The notes under the pieces were generated by a model that worked only from the letters and a program-made list of their open reading frames with translations, was not told the DNA's origin and searched no databases. Of a stretch of 59,032 bases of DNA, positions 10,050-18,923 are shown one piece after another; position 1 is the stretch's first letter, and each line of letters opens with the position of its first letter. This DNA comes from a virus (taxonomy: Duplodnaviria > Caudoviricetes): the IMG/VR virus record IMGVR_UViG_3300025084_000024, positions 1 through 59,032 of that record; one strand, given 5' to 3'. A program made the translations under genes and the position numbers.

Positions 10050-11462
10050 ATGGGTGCATACGAAAATCCGCAAACAGTCATAGTTGATACTTCTTCTGCT
10101 TGGACAAATATGTCTAAGTCGATTGCTAATACTACTGTAAAATTTTTAGAAAAACAAACAGAGGTACAAAATGAAAAGTTAAAAAAGCAGCAAAAAGAAG
10201 ATTTAGCGTACAGCCAAAGACTTGTAAAAAATTTAAATACTCAACAATCAAAATTATATGGTTTAGATATTGAAAAGCAAACTAATGATTTGTTTAATCA
10301 AACCATATCTGATAAGACTACATTAGAGTTAAATCTTGAAAAAGCTACTACTCCAGAAGAAAGAAGTATGTATGCTGCTCAATTAGGGGACTACAATAAT
10401 AGACTTAATCAAATATTAGATTTTGCTAAAAATAAAGATACGTTTAAAGAAAATTTTTTAGATAAAAATGACCCTACTTCAAGAAATGGAGAAGGGCAAT
10501 GGTCTATACAAGGTGTTGAAGATTATTCTGATTGGATTAATTATGGGCAAAACTACGCTGCTTCTACCACTAATAGTTTCTTAAGTTTTGATGAATTAGG
10601 TGAATTAAAAATAAATATAGCTAATCCTGAAAATCAAGAAGAATTTAAGTCTTGGGGCACAACTGATTTCTTTTCTAAACAACCTCCTATAACGCCTATG
10701 GTTTCTAAAGGTTTGAGTGAAAGACTTTTAGATAGAGGTATATTAAATTCTAAAACACCTGGTAAATTAGCAGATGAATATAACACAATGAAAAGAAATG
10801 TTATGGATGCGATGGTTATTTCAGATGTTATTGAACCTTACGCAGAAAGTATTTTAACAGATCCCGATGCTGCTCAATCAGTTTGGATTAATGTTTTAAA
10901 ACAACCTGGTTTACTTGAAATGGCTACTGAAGAAGAGGGCAGATTTCCTATAGAAGGAAGCCCTTTTTCAAAAGAAAGCGCTGAAAAATTTATTGAGGCA
11001 TTTAATAATTTTGCTAAAAGCAAACTACCTAAAAATCACCCCGTAGCTGTAAAAGCTGTAAAAGATAGAATAGAAACAGCAGAAGAAATTGTTGAAGAAA
11101 AATTTAATAATTATATAAAAGAATTAGATACTTCTTGGACTGATGTTACAGGAGAAACAGCATCATTTGATCCTAAAACAAATATGCTTACCGTAACAGT
11201 AGAAATGGAAAATGAAGATGGCGATATAATTACAGAACCAGAATTATATGATTTAAGCCAACCGGGTCAATTTACTAATTATATTAGGTTATTATTAGAT
11301 AAATCACCTGACTTGGGTAATGATATTAAAAGCAGGGAAATAAAAAGAAGTATATTAGAAAAAGCTAAAGTTAAAGAAAAAGAATACCTTGCTAAATCAA
11401 ATGGAGCTGATGATTACAAGGGGTTTGAAGATTATCTAACTGGTCAAATTAAAAAAGACTAA
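10050..11462 (+). CDS. Putative internal virion/ejection protein
   Basis: 470-aa helical protein between the pilot protein and the giant protein. Confidence 0.5.
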   Translation: MGAYENPQTVIVDTSSAWTNMSKSIANTTVKFLEKQTEVQNEKLKKQQKEDLAYSQRLVKNLNTQQSKLYGLDIEKQTNDLFNQTISDKTTLELNLEKATTPEERSMYAAQLGDYNNRLNQILDFAKNKDTFKENFLDKNDPTSRNGEGQWSIQGVEDYSDWINYGQNYAASTTNSFLSFDELGELKINIANPENQEEFKSWGTTDFFSKQPPITPMVSKGLSERLLDRGILNSKTPGKLADEYNTMKRNVMDAMVISDVIEPYAESILTDPDAAQSVWINVLKQPGLLEMATEEEGRFPIEGSPFSKESAEKFIEAFNNFAKSKLPKNHPVAVKAVKDRIETAEEIVEEKFNNYIKELDTSWTDVTGETASFDPKTNMLTVTVEMENEDGDIITEPELYDLSQPGQFTNYIRLLLDKSPDLGNDIKSREIKRSILEKAKVKEKEYLAKSNGADDYKGFEDYLTGQIKKD

Positions 11463-11465
11463 AAC

Positions 11466-11707
11466 ATGTTTAAAACATTAAATCATAATGGCAATAGTTT
11501 TGAATTTCCTGATAATGAAAAAGGAAAAAATGATTATGAAGCTTTTATTGCTAAATTTCCTGATGCTACAGAGGTAGCAATTACCCCCGATCCCGACGAA
11601 GAGGGAAAGGAAACCCCTTCACAGGAGACAGTGGATGCAACTGTGGAGGTAAGCGATACGGCATCCAACTTGGAAAATGGTTCTTCGGAATCACAAAAAA
11701 TAGATAA
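11466..11707 (+). CDS. Predicted 80-aa -1 frameshift product of the giant gene
   Basis: 48 shared N-terminal residues followed by GNPFTGDSGCNCGGKRYGIQLGKWFFGITKNR, with stop TAA at 11705-11707. Confidence 0.55.
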
Positions 11708-14700
11708 CAGCCCCGAAGCTATATTTAAAAGAAAAAAACAAAACGCATTAGATCAAGCAAAAGTTTATAGCCAGCCTATTGAGCTAGAAGAAGTTGTAGT
11801 AACTTTTGATCCTTCGGAAAGAACAACCGAAGATTTAATAGACGATATTACAAAAGTTGATGATAGAATAAAACTTATAGCGGGAGACGATATGCAAATA
11901 GATGCGTTGGATTCTCCTAAAAGAATAAAAGAATATGCAACTCTTGCGAACAGAAGAAAAGAAATAAATGATAATTTAAGAAGTAAACTTAAAGAAGAAG
12001 GCAGCGCAAAGTCTTTATTAAGATCATTAAAAAAAGGTGATAAAGCTTTAGGCGAATATTTGCTATCAGTGCCTTCTTTTATTTATGAAATAGGATCCTT
12101 AGTGAGTGATCCTGTTAATAGAGCTTTAGGATTACCTAAAACAGATTTAACAAAATTTGAAGAATCTATAGGAACTCGGTCTTTATTAGATTCTTTAATA
12201 GATGAACAAGAAAAGTTAGGTAAAATACAAGAAGAATATAAAGACTTAAATAATATAAAAGGAGGTATTGGGGAAAATTTTTCTAAAGGTAATATCAGTG
12301 AAGGCTTTTATTTGCTAGGAGAAACATTAGCAGAATCTGCACCTGTAAGCTTATCTTTAATGTTTGGAGGCGCTGCTGGTTTGTCGAGAACTGCTTTAAC
12401 ATTAGGAGGCGGTATTCCTTTAGCTGCCGGAGAAGTGAGAACTCAAAAAGAAGAATACCCTGATCAAGAAAAAGCAGAAATGCTTTTAAAATCAACTTTA
12501 ATTGGTTTATCAGAAGGATTTTTTGAAGGAGTATTTGGCAGCGGTGCTATAGGTAAAACATACAAAAATATTATTGCTAAAGAAGGCGTTGAACAAGGAA
12601 CTAAAACTTTTAAAGATGGAATTATTTCAATGTACGAAGGGGCCTTGCAAAAATTTGGTGTTCCTATTGCGGCTGTTTCTGGAGGATTAGAAGAAGTAGG
12701 AACTCAAATAACCCAAAATTTAGTTAATGGTAAGCCTTTTAATGAAGGCGTTACAGACGCGTTTTTAGCTGGTGTTGGCGGTGGAGGATTATATGGGGCG
12801 CCAGTTAATTTAGCTAAAGGAGTTGAATTAGGCCGTAATCTAATACAGGAAATAAAAGTAAATGCTGAAATAAAACCAACCGAGTATACAAATATCTCTT
12901 ATGCATTTGATCCTATAGAAAAAACTACTGAAACACAAATAAAATTATCTCAATTAAAAAATTCAGATAAGGTATTACAAAGAAGTGTAGATTCTGAAAT
13001 TAAAAAAGGAAATATTACACAAGAACAAGGTGATGCTATAAAATTAAACTTTAGAGAAACTCAAGGTGCTACAAATCAAATAAAGTCTTTAAAATTAAAT
13101 GAACAAGATCAGGCTACTACTGTTCAGTTAATGAAAGAAAAAAAGCAATTAAAAAATCAAATTGAGCAAGTAGGTGAGCCAAATTTAACTACTGAACAAT
13201 CCGATAGAATAAAGCAGATTGATGAAGACTTAAAAGGTATTAGCTCAAAAGCTGTAACTCAACAAGTTGAAAAAGTAAGAGAGGCAGCTAAAGATATTAC
13301 AGATTTAGATATTCAAGAGTTTGCTACTACAGCAGAAACAGAGGCTTTTTTAAGTGAGCAAGATCAAAATGTTAAAGCATCCGCTAACCAAGGGTTTATA
13401 ATTCAAAATAAAGATGGGAAGCAAACCATTGTAATAAATAGAGAAGTTGCAGATAAAGAAATAGCGGTTGCCGCTCCTGCTCATGAGTTTTTACATGCTA
13501 TTTTATATAAAACCGTTAAAGATTCTCCTAATACAGCTTTACAATTAGGTAACTCCTTAATGGAATATATTAGTAAGATTGATATAAATCAAGTTAAAGA
13601 TAGTAATTTTGCACAAAGACTTCAACAGTATCAAGATCAGCCCGCTGCAGTTCAAGCTGAAGAAGCTATTACTTTATTTTCTGATGCTATTTTAACAGGA
13701 GATATAAAATTTAAAGAAAATATATTTACTAAACTTCGAGATGTAATTTCTAAAATATTACAGGTTGGCGGAGTTAAAGCTAGATTTGATACAGGAAGAG
13801 ATGTATATAATTTTATTAGAGATTATAATAAAAATATACAAGAAGGTAAATTAACTAGCCAGCAAATAAAAACAGCTGAAGAAGGGGTTAAATTAGATAT
13901 TCAAGAACAAGCCGTTAAAAAAGCAGAAACAGTAGTTAGAGAATCAAGGTCTGAAGAGGCATCTAATAAAGTTCAAGAGCTATATGAACAAAAAGGTGTT
14001 AATGCAGCTGTAGAAATAATAGAGCAATTTAAACCTATAACTAATAAGATAGTAGAGCAACGTAAAAATGCTCCAGGCTTTGATAGACAATTACTTACTG
14101 ATGAAATTGAAACAGGTGCTGGTGGCATACTTGACTTAATACAAGCATATGATCCTGCATCTAACGTTCCTTTAGCGGCTTATATTAATAAATTTTTGCC
14201 CGTAAGAGCCATCACAGCATCTCGTAGAGTGTTAGATGAAGAGTTTGTAGGTGATATTACAGAAGCACCGCAGGTAGCTACTGAAGCTGCACCAGAAACA
14301 GAGGTTGAGGTTCCGCCCACTAAAACTAAAAAGCAAGTTAAAAAAGAAACACTTAGTGAAGAAAATCAACAAGCTCTTAAAGATGTTGTTACAGATTTAA
14401 AATTAACAGAAGATCAGCTTACTTTTAAAACATTACCTAATGCTGCTATAGAGGTATTTGCTAAGCAAATTGATATACCTGCTAAAAAGTTTGCTGGAAA
14501 GTCTAATTTTAGACAAGCAGAGCTTGATAAAGTAATAAACTTTATTGAAGAAAACATAGATATTATTAGACAAGCATTACCCGAAGCAGCTGTGTTAGAA
14601 GGCGCTTCTGTTAGCGAGGGTCTTATAGGCACCGCAACTGGTGTACCTAATAATTTACTAAAAGATTCTAATTTATATACACGTAAAGAAAGAACTACAA

Positions 14701-17700
14701 AAAGAGCGGGTATAGTTCCTTTTGAAAAAAATAAAGGTATTGATAATAGCTCAATCTTAAAAGCTATAGGTATTATTGAAGGCAAAAGAACTGCCGGGCC
14801 CAGAGATAAACAAGCTCAAACAGCTAAAGGATTAATTAATGTGCTCGCCAAGTTTGCTACAAATCAAGAAGTACGACAGCAAAAAGATTTAACTCCACAA
14901 CAAAAAACTGATATTGAAACTGGTAAAGGAAGTAGATTATTATTTAGCAGATCATTAAGCGAAGTTTTTGGACTATCCGCTAATGAAGCCTTTAGCTTTA
15001 GCAATATATCTGATATTAATTCTGGTAGAATTGAATTAAAGGATTTATCGTCTGCTATGATTAAAGATGTTGGTATTCAAGAATGGATAGATATTATAGA
15101 TCCTGTTATAAGTAGGCAATACAAAGTTGGTGATAAACAACTATTAGATAATAAAATTGGCTTTGAAGCACTTGAATTAACAGAAAAAGAATTTAATGAA
15201 AATAAAAATATATTATTAGAGCGTTCTACTATTGATGGTAAAAAAAGATATAATCAATTTTTAACTCGTGGTAGAAAAGATTATTATGAAAATATATTAT
15301 CTAGCGCTATAAATAAAGAAGTAAAATGGATTCCAAGAGAAGGTGTGGAAATTGATGGAACCATATATAAAACTCCTATAGTTCCTAAACAAACCCCTGA
15401 AGGATTTGTAAATAAAAAAGCATGGAATGCTTCTTTACCGGAACGAATAAAATTTGCAGAAAATCAACAGAAAGGATTTAAAAAAATAATACAAAAGCTT
15501 ACCAATACATATCAGAATTCTAATAAAAGCAAAAAAGATAAAGCAAAAGTTGGTATGGTATTAAATACTTTTAATTCTAATATTAATGGTTTAATTAGAA
15601 CAGCAGCCACCCCAGGATTAGAGTTTAGAGTAGAAAAATTAAATAAAGATTCTGATTATAGATACGAGCATACTCAACCTGCTTCGGAAACATTAAGACA
15701 ATTAGCAAAAATAATTATTGGAGATAAAAATGCTCAAACATATGAAGAAATAATGGAAAACTTTAGGGTTGCTATTATTCCAAAAATATATGATGATATT
15801 ATAAATAAAGTAAGATTTAATGGAAAATTATTAAGATCAACATCTCCTTTAGACGAAAATAAAAACTTACAAAAACCAGTTGAATCAACTAAACCAACTC
15901 GCTATGAAGCCGCGGCAAAAGCTATAGCAAATGCAGGATTAGCCCCATTAATATTAACCGATGCTATAGTACCCACAGATAAAGCTCAAGTAAAATTAAG
16001 CAAATCAAAATCTAAAGCTGCAGTAAAAAACAATTTAGAATTACCTAAATCTCAACGCTTACCTAAAGGCAGCACTAATGAACAGGTATTAGCTAAAATG
16101 CAAGAGCTTGATAATGAAGCTAATGAAGCTAGAATTAAATACAGCAAATCACAAAACTTAGATGAAGCATTCAATGATATTATAGAAGCTAAAACTGGCA
16201 TTGAAACATATAAAAGATTTTCGCCGGCTAAAGCAGCTGTAAGAGGAGCAAGTAAAGGTAAATTTAATTTCTTTATCCCACCTAGTGCTGAAGACTTTAC
16301 AGGGTTATTATATAAAACATTAGCTAAAGGTAAATTGGGGGATAGACAAATGCAATGGTATAAAGATAATTTATTAGATCCTTATGCTAGAGCAATGAAT
16401 GATATATCCGCTGCCCGTGTAGCTATGTTTGAAGATTATAAATCACTTAAAAGTGATTTAGAAATTATTCCTAAAGATCTTAAAAAGAAAAGTGTTGATG
16501 AATATACAAGAGAACAAGCTGTAAGAGTTTATATATGGAATGATCAAGGTGATAATGTACCTGGTTTATTTAAAACAGATCAAAAGGATTTAGTTAATTA
16601 TGTAAATAATGATACTGAGCTTAAGCTGTTTGCAGAGCAACTTATAGCTATTCAAAAAAACGATGAATATTCTGCTCCTAAAGAAGGATGGCTTGCGGGC
16701 AGTATTACAACAGATTTATTAGAAGGCGTTAATTCTATTAAAAGAAAAAAATATTTAGAGCAGTGGCAAAATAATGCAGATGAAATATTTTCTGATGTTA
16801 ATATGAACAAATTAGAGGCAGCATTTGGAAAGCCTTATAGAAAAGCTTTAGAAAATATTCTTACAAGAATGAAAACGGGTAGAAATAAACCGTTTACAAG
16901 CGATTCACTTGCAGGTAGAGTTACCGACTGGTTAAATAATTCTGTTGGAGCGATCATGTTTTTTAATACACGATCTTCTGTATTACAAACAATATCGTCA
17001 ATTAACTTTGTTAACTGGAGTGATAATAATATTTATCAAGCTGGTAAAGCTTTTGCTAATCAACCACAATATTGGAAAGACTTTAAATTTTTATTTAATT
17101 CTGACTTTTTAAAAGAAAGGCGCGGAGGTTTAAGATTTAATGTAAGTGAATCTGAAATAGCTGATGCAGCTAAAAAAGGTGGTGCAAGGGGTGTTATAAG
17201 TAAAATACTTCAGGCTGGATTCCTACCTACGCAAATGGCGGACAGTTTTGCAATTGCATCAGGTGGAGCTACATTTTATAGAAATAGAGTTAAATCTTAT
17301 ATTAAAGAAGGATTAACAGAAACTGAAGCACAAGAAAAAGCATTTTTAGATTTTAGAGAAATAGCTGAAGAATCACAGCAGTCATCAAGACCCGATAGAA
17401 TTAGTGCACAACAAGCAGGGCCATTAGGGCGCACCATATTAGCTTTTGCAAACACACCGGCGCAATATGCTAGATTAACTAAAAAAGCCGCTAGTGATCT
17501 TATAAATGGCCGTGGTGATGCTAAAACAAATATATCTAAGCTACTTTATTACGGTGTAGTGCAAAATTTAATATTTAACACTTTACAGCAAGCGGCATTT
17601 GCAATTGCATTTGGTGATGATGATGAAGATGAAAAGAAAAAAGAAGAAAAATACATAAGTGTAGCTAATGGAATGGCAGACGGTTTACTCAGAGGTATTG

Positions 17701-18158
17701 GTGTTGGCGGTGCCGTAATCTCTACATTAAAGAATACTTTAATTAAAATTATTAAAGAATCAGAAAAGAAACGGCCCGATTATGCTGAAACTGCTGTAAT
17801 ACAATTATTAGGTATATCTCCACCTATTCAATCAAAAGCTCAAAAAATAAGGAGTGCTTTAAAATCTTATGAGTGGAATAAAGACGAAATGAAAGAAAAA
17901 GGATTTAGCTTAGATAATCCCGCTTATTTAGCAGGAGCTAATGTTATATCTGCAGCAACAAATATACCTCTTGATAGAGTTGTAAAAAAAGTAAACAACG
18001 TTAGAGCAGCCACAAGAGATGATATATCTAAACCGGAAAGAATGATGTTATTAGCAGGCTGGTCGGATTGGCAATTAGGTATACAAAAAGAAAAGGAAGT
18101 TAAACCTAAAAAGAAAAAAAAGCGTAAGCTTAAAAGAGTAACAAAAGGACAAAGATAA
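11466..18158 (+). CDS. Giant multi-domain internal virion (ejection/polyvalent) protein with a zincin HExxH motif and a sigma-region-2-like domain
   Basis: 2230 aa. Gly-rich hydrophobic segment, HEFLH at aa ~673-677, sigma-2-like segment at aa ~846-923, basic C-terminus. Confidence 0.7.
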   Translation: MFKTLNHNGNSFEFPDNEKGKNDYEAFIAKFPDATEVAITPDPDEEGKETPSQETVDATVEVSDTASNLENGSSESQKIDNSPEAIFKRKKQNALDQAKVYSQPIELEEVVVTFDPSERTTEDLIDDITKVDDRIKLIAGDDMQIDALDSPKRIKEYATLANRRKEINDNLRSKLKEEGSAKSLLRSLKKGDKALGEYLLSVPSFIYEIGSLVSDPVNRALGLPKTDLTKFEESIGTRSLLDSLIDEQEKLGKIQEEYKDLNNIKGGIGENFSKGNISEGFYLLGETLAESAPVSLSLMFGGAAGLSRTALTLGGGIPLAAGEVRTQKEEYPDQEKAEMLLKSTLIGLSEGFFEGVFGSGAIGKTYKNIIAKEGVEQGTKTFKDGIISMYEGALQKFGVPIAAVSGGLEEVGTQITQNLVNGKPFNEGVTDAFLAGVGGGGLYGAPVNLAKGVELGRNLIQEIKVNAEIKPTEYTNISYAFDPIEKTTETQIKLSQLKNSDKVLQRSVDSEIKKGNITQEQGDAIKLNFRETQGATNQIKSLKLNEQDQATTVQLMKEKKQLKNQIEQVGEPNLTTEQSDRIKQIDEDLKGISSKAVTQQVEKVREAAKDITDLDIQEFATTAETEAFLSEQDQNVKASANQGFIIQNKDGKQTIVINREVADKEIAVAAPAHEFLHAILYKTVKDSPNTALQLGNSLMEYISKIDINQVKDSNFAQRLQQYQDQPAAVQAEEAITLFSDAILTGDIKFKENIFTKLRDVISKILQVGGVKARFDTGRDVYNFIRDYNKNIQEGKLTSQQIKTAEEGVKLDIQEQAVKKAETVVRESRSEEASNKVQELYEQKGVNAAVEIIEQFKPITNKIVEQRKNAPGFDRQLLTDEIETGAGGILDLIQAYDPASNVPLAAYINKFLPVRAITASRRVLDEEFVGDITEAPQVATEAAPETEVEVPPTKTKKQVKKETLSEENQQALKDVVTDLKLTEDQLTFKTLPNAAIEVFAKQIDIPAKKFAGKSNFRQAELDKVINFIEENIDIIRQALPEAAVLEGASVSEGLIGTATGVPNNLLKDSNLYTRKERTTKRAGIVPFEKNKGIDNSSILKAIGIIEGKRTAGPRDKQAQTAKGLINVLAKFATNQEVRQQKDLTPQQKTDIETGKGSRLLFSRSLSEVFGLSANEAFSFSNISDINSGRIELKDLSSAMIKDVGIQEWIDIIDPVISRQYKVGDKQLLDNKIGFEALELTEKEFNENKNILLERSTIDGKKRYNQFLTRGRKDYYENILSSAINKEVKWIPREGVEIDGTIYKTPIVPKQTPEGFVNKKAWNASLPERIKFAENQQKGFKKIIQKLTNTYQNSNKSKKDKAKVGMVLNTFNSNINGLIRTAATPGLEFRVEKLNKDSDYRYEHTQPASETLRQLAKIIIGDKNAQTYEEIMENFRVAIIPKIYDDIINKVRFNGKLLRSTSPLDENKNLQKPVESTKPTRYEAAAKAIANAGLAPLILTDAIVPTDKAQVKLSKSKSKAAVKNNLELPKSQRLPKGSTNEQVLAKMQELDNEANEARIKYSKSQNLDEAFNDIIEAKTGIETYKRFSPAKAAVRGASKGKFNFFIPPSAEDFTGLLYKTLAKGKLGDRQMQWYKDNLLDPYARAMNDISAARVAMFEDYKSLKSDLEIIPKDLKKKSVDEYTREQAVRVYIWNDQGDNVPGLFKTDQKDLVNYVNNDTELKLFAEQLIAIQKNDEYSAPKEGWLAGSITTDLLEGVNSIKRKKYLEQWQNNADEIFSDVNMNKLEAAFGKPYRKALENILTRMKTGRNKPFTSDSLAGRVTDWLNNSVGAIMFFNTRSSVLQTISSINFVNWSDNNIYQAGKAFANQPQYWKDFKFLFNSDFLKERRGGLRFNVSESEIADAAKKGGARGVISKILQAGFLPTQMADSFAIASGGATFYRNRVKSYIKEGLTETEAQEKAFLDFREIAEESQQSSRPDRISAQQAGPLGRTILAFANTPAQYARLTKKAASDLINGRGDAKTNISKLLYYGVVQNLIFNTLQQAAFAIAFGDDDEDEKKKEEKYISVANGMADGLLRGIGVGGAVISTLKNTLIKIIKESEKKRPDYAETAVIQLLGISPPIQSKAQKIRSALKSYEWNKDEMKEKGFSLDNPAYLAGANVISAATNIPLDRVVKKVNNVRAATRDDISKPERMMLLAGWSDWQLGIQKEKEVKPKKKKKRKLKRVTKGQR
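11603..11667 (+). promoter_or_regulatory. Programmed -1 ribosomal frameshift signal (slippery heptamer + H-type pseudoknot)
   Basis: In-frame G GGA AAG (11603-11609), 6-nt spacer, stem 1 11616-11624/11641-11649 (9 bp), stem 2 11632-11638/11661-11667 (7 bp). Confidence 0.75.
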
Positions 18159-18163
18159 TCATT

Positions 18164-18301
18164 ATGGGAAAAATAAGTGGACCTTGCAAAGCTGCAGCAA
18201 AAAGAAAGTTTAAAGTATGGCCATCCGCATATGCTTCGGGATGGGGTGTGAGATGCACTCGAGCAGGTGGACCATTTAAAATGGGTAAAAAGAAAAAATA
18301 A
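18164..18301 (+). CDS. Small basic protein with PSAYA motif (DUF5872-like), 45 aa, not in the ORF track
   Basis: MGKISGPCKAAAKRKFKVWPSAYASGWGVRCTRAGGPFKMGKKKK. Its stop overlaps the next ATG (TAATG). Confidence 0.75.
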   Translation: MGKISGPCKAAAKRKFKVWPSAYASGWGVRCTRAGGPFKMGKKKK

Positions 18302-18576
18302 TGTACACACAGAATTCTCCTATTGCTAAAAAAATAAAAGGTGGAGGAACCACCAAAGCTTGTTTACCTCTTGCCAAAATACGTAGTATGAGCAAAGCCG
18401 AGCGTGATAAAGTTATTAGAGCTAAAAGAAAAGCCGGTAAAGCTGGTAAATACAAAAGAGATTCTAAAACAAACGTAAAAGGTGCTAGCAAAAAGGGTAA
18501 TACGTTACGGGATTGGTTTGAAAAAGAAGATTGGAGACAAGTAGCTAATCCAAGCAAAAAATGCGGTGAAAAATGA
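18301..18576 (+). CDS. Small basic protein, DUF5872-like motifs
   Basis: 'CLPLAKIRSMSKAER' and 'LRDWFEKEDW...KKCG'. Translationally coupled on both sides. Confidence 0.65.
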   Translation: MYTQNSPIAKKIKGGGTTKACLPLAKIRSMSKAERDKVIRAKRKAGKAGKYKRDSKTNVKGASKKGNTLRDWFEKEDWRQVANPSKKCGEK

Positions 18577-18923
18577 AATATTTTAAGAATAAAGAAGACT
18601 TTAGAGGGAACATGGACAAAATGGATCCTAAACTATTAACCATGCTTGATGAGCTTCGCGAAGAATATGGTCAACCTATTATTCTTAATTCCTCATATAG
18701 ACCCGCTTCTCACCCTATAGAAGTTGTAAAAAGCAAACCAGGAGAGCACACATATGGTGCCGCGGTAGATATTAAATGTATTGGCGGTGAAAATACATTT
18801 AATTTAGTAAGTGCAGCTATTAAAGTTGGATTTAGACGCATAGGTATATCGCGTAAAAGTAATTTTGTACACGTTGGAATTGGTTATCCTAGTGCGCCTA
18901 AAACAACTATTTGGACATATTAA
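18573..18923 (+). CDS. Peptidase M15A-family endolysin
   Basis: 'SSYR', 'HTYGAAVDI' and 'FVHVG' Zn-binding motifs. Confidence 0.85.
   Translation: MKYFKNKEDFRGNMDKMDPKLLTMLDELREEYGQPIILNSSYRPASHPIEVVKSKPGEHTYGAAVDIKCIGGENTFNLVSAAIKVGFRRIGISRKSNFVHVGIGYPSAPKTTIWTY

Noticed and set aside
11466-18158. Giant protein as a crAss/N4-type virion RNA polymerase
   Set aside because: The size fits, but I found no DxDxD/DFDGD catalytic motif or T7-like RNAP motifs by eye.
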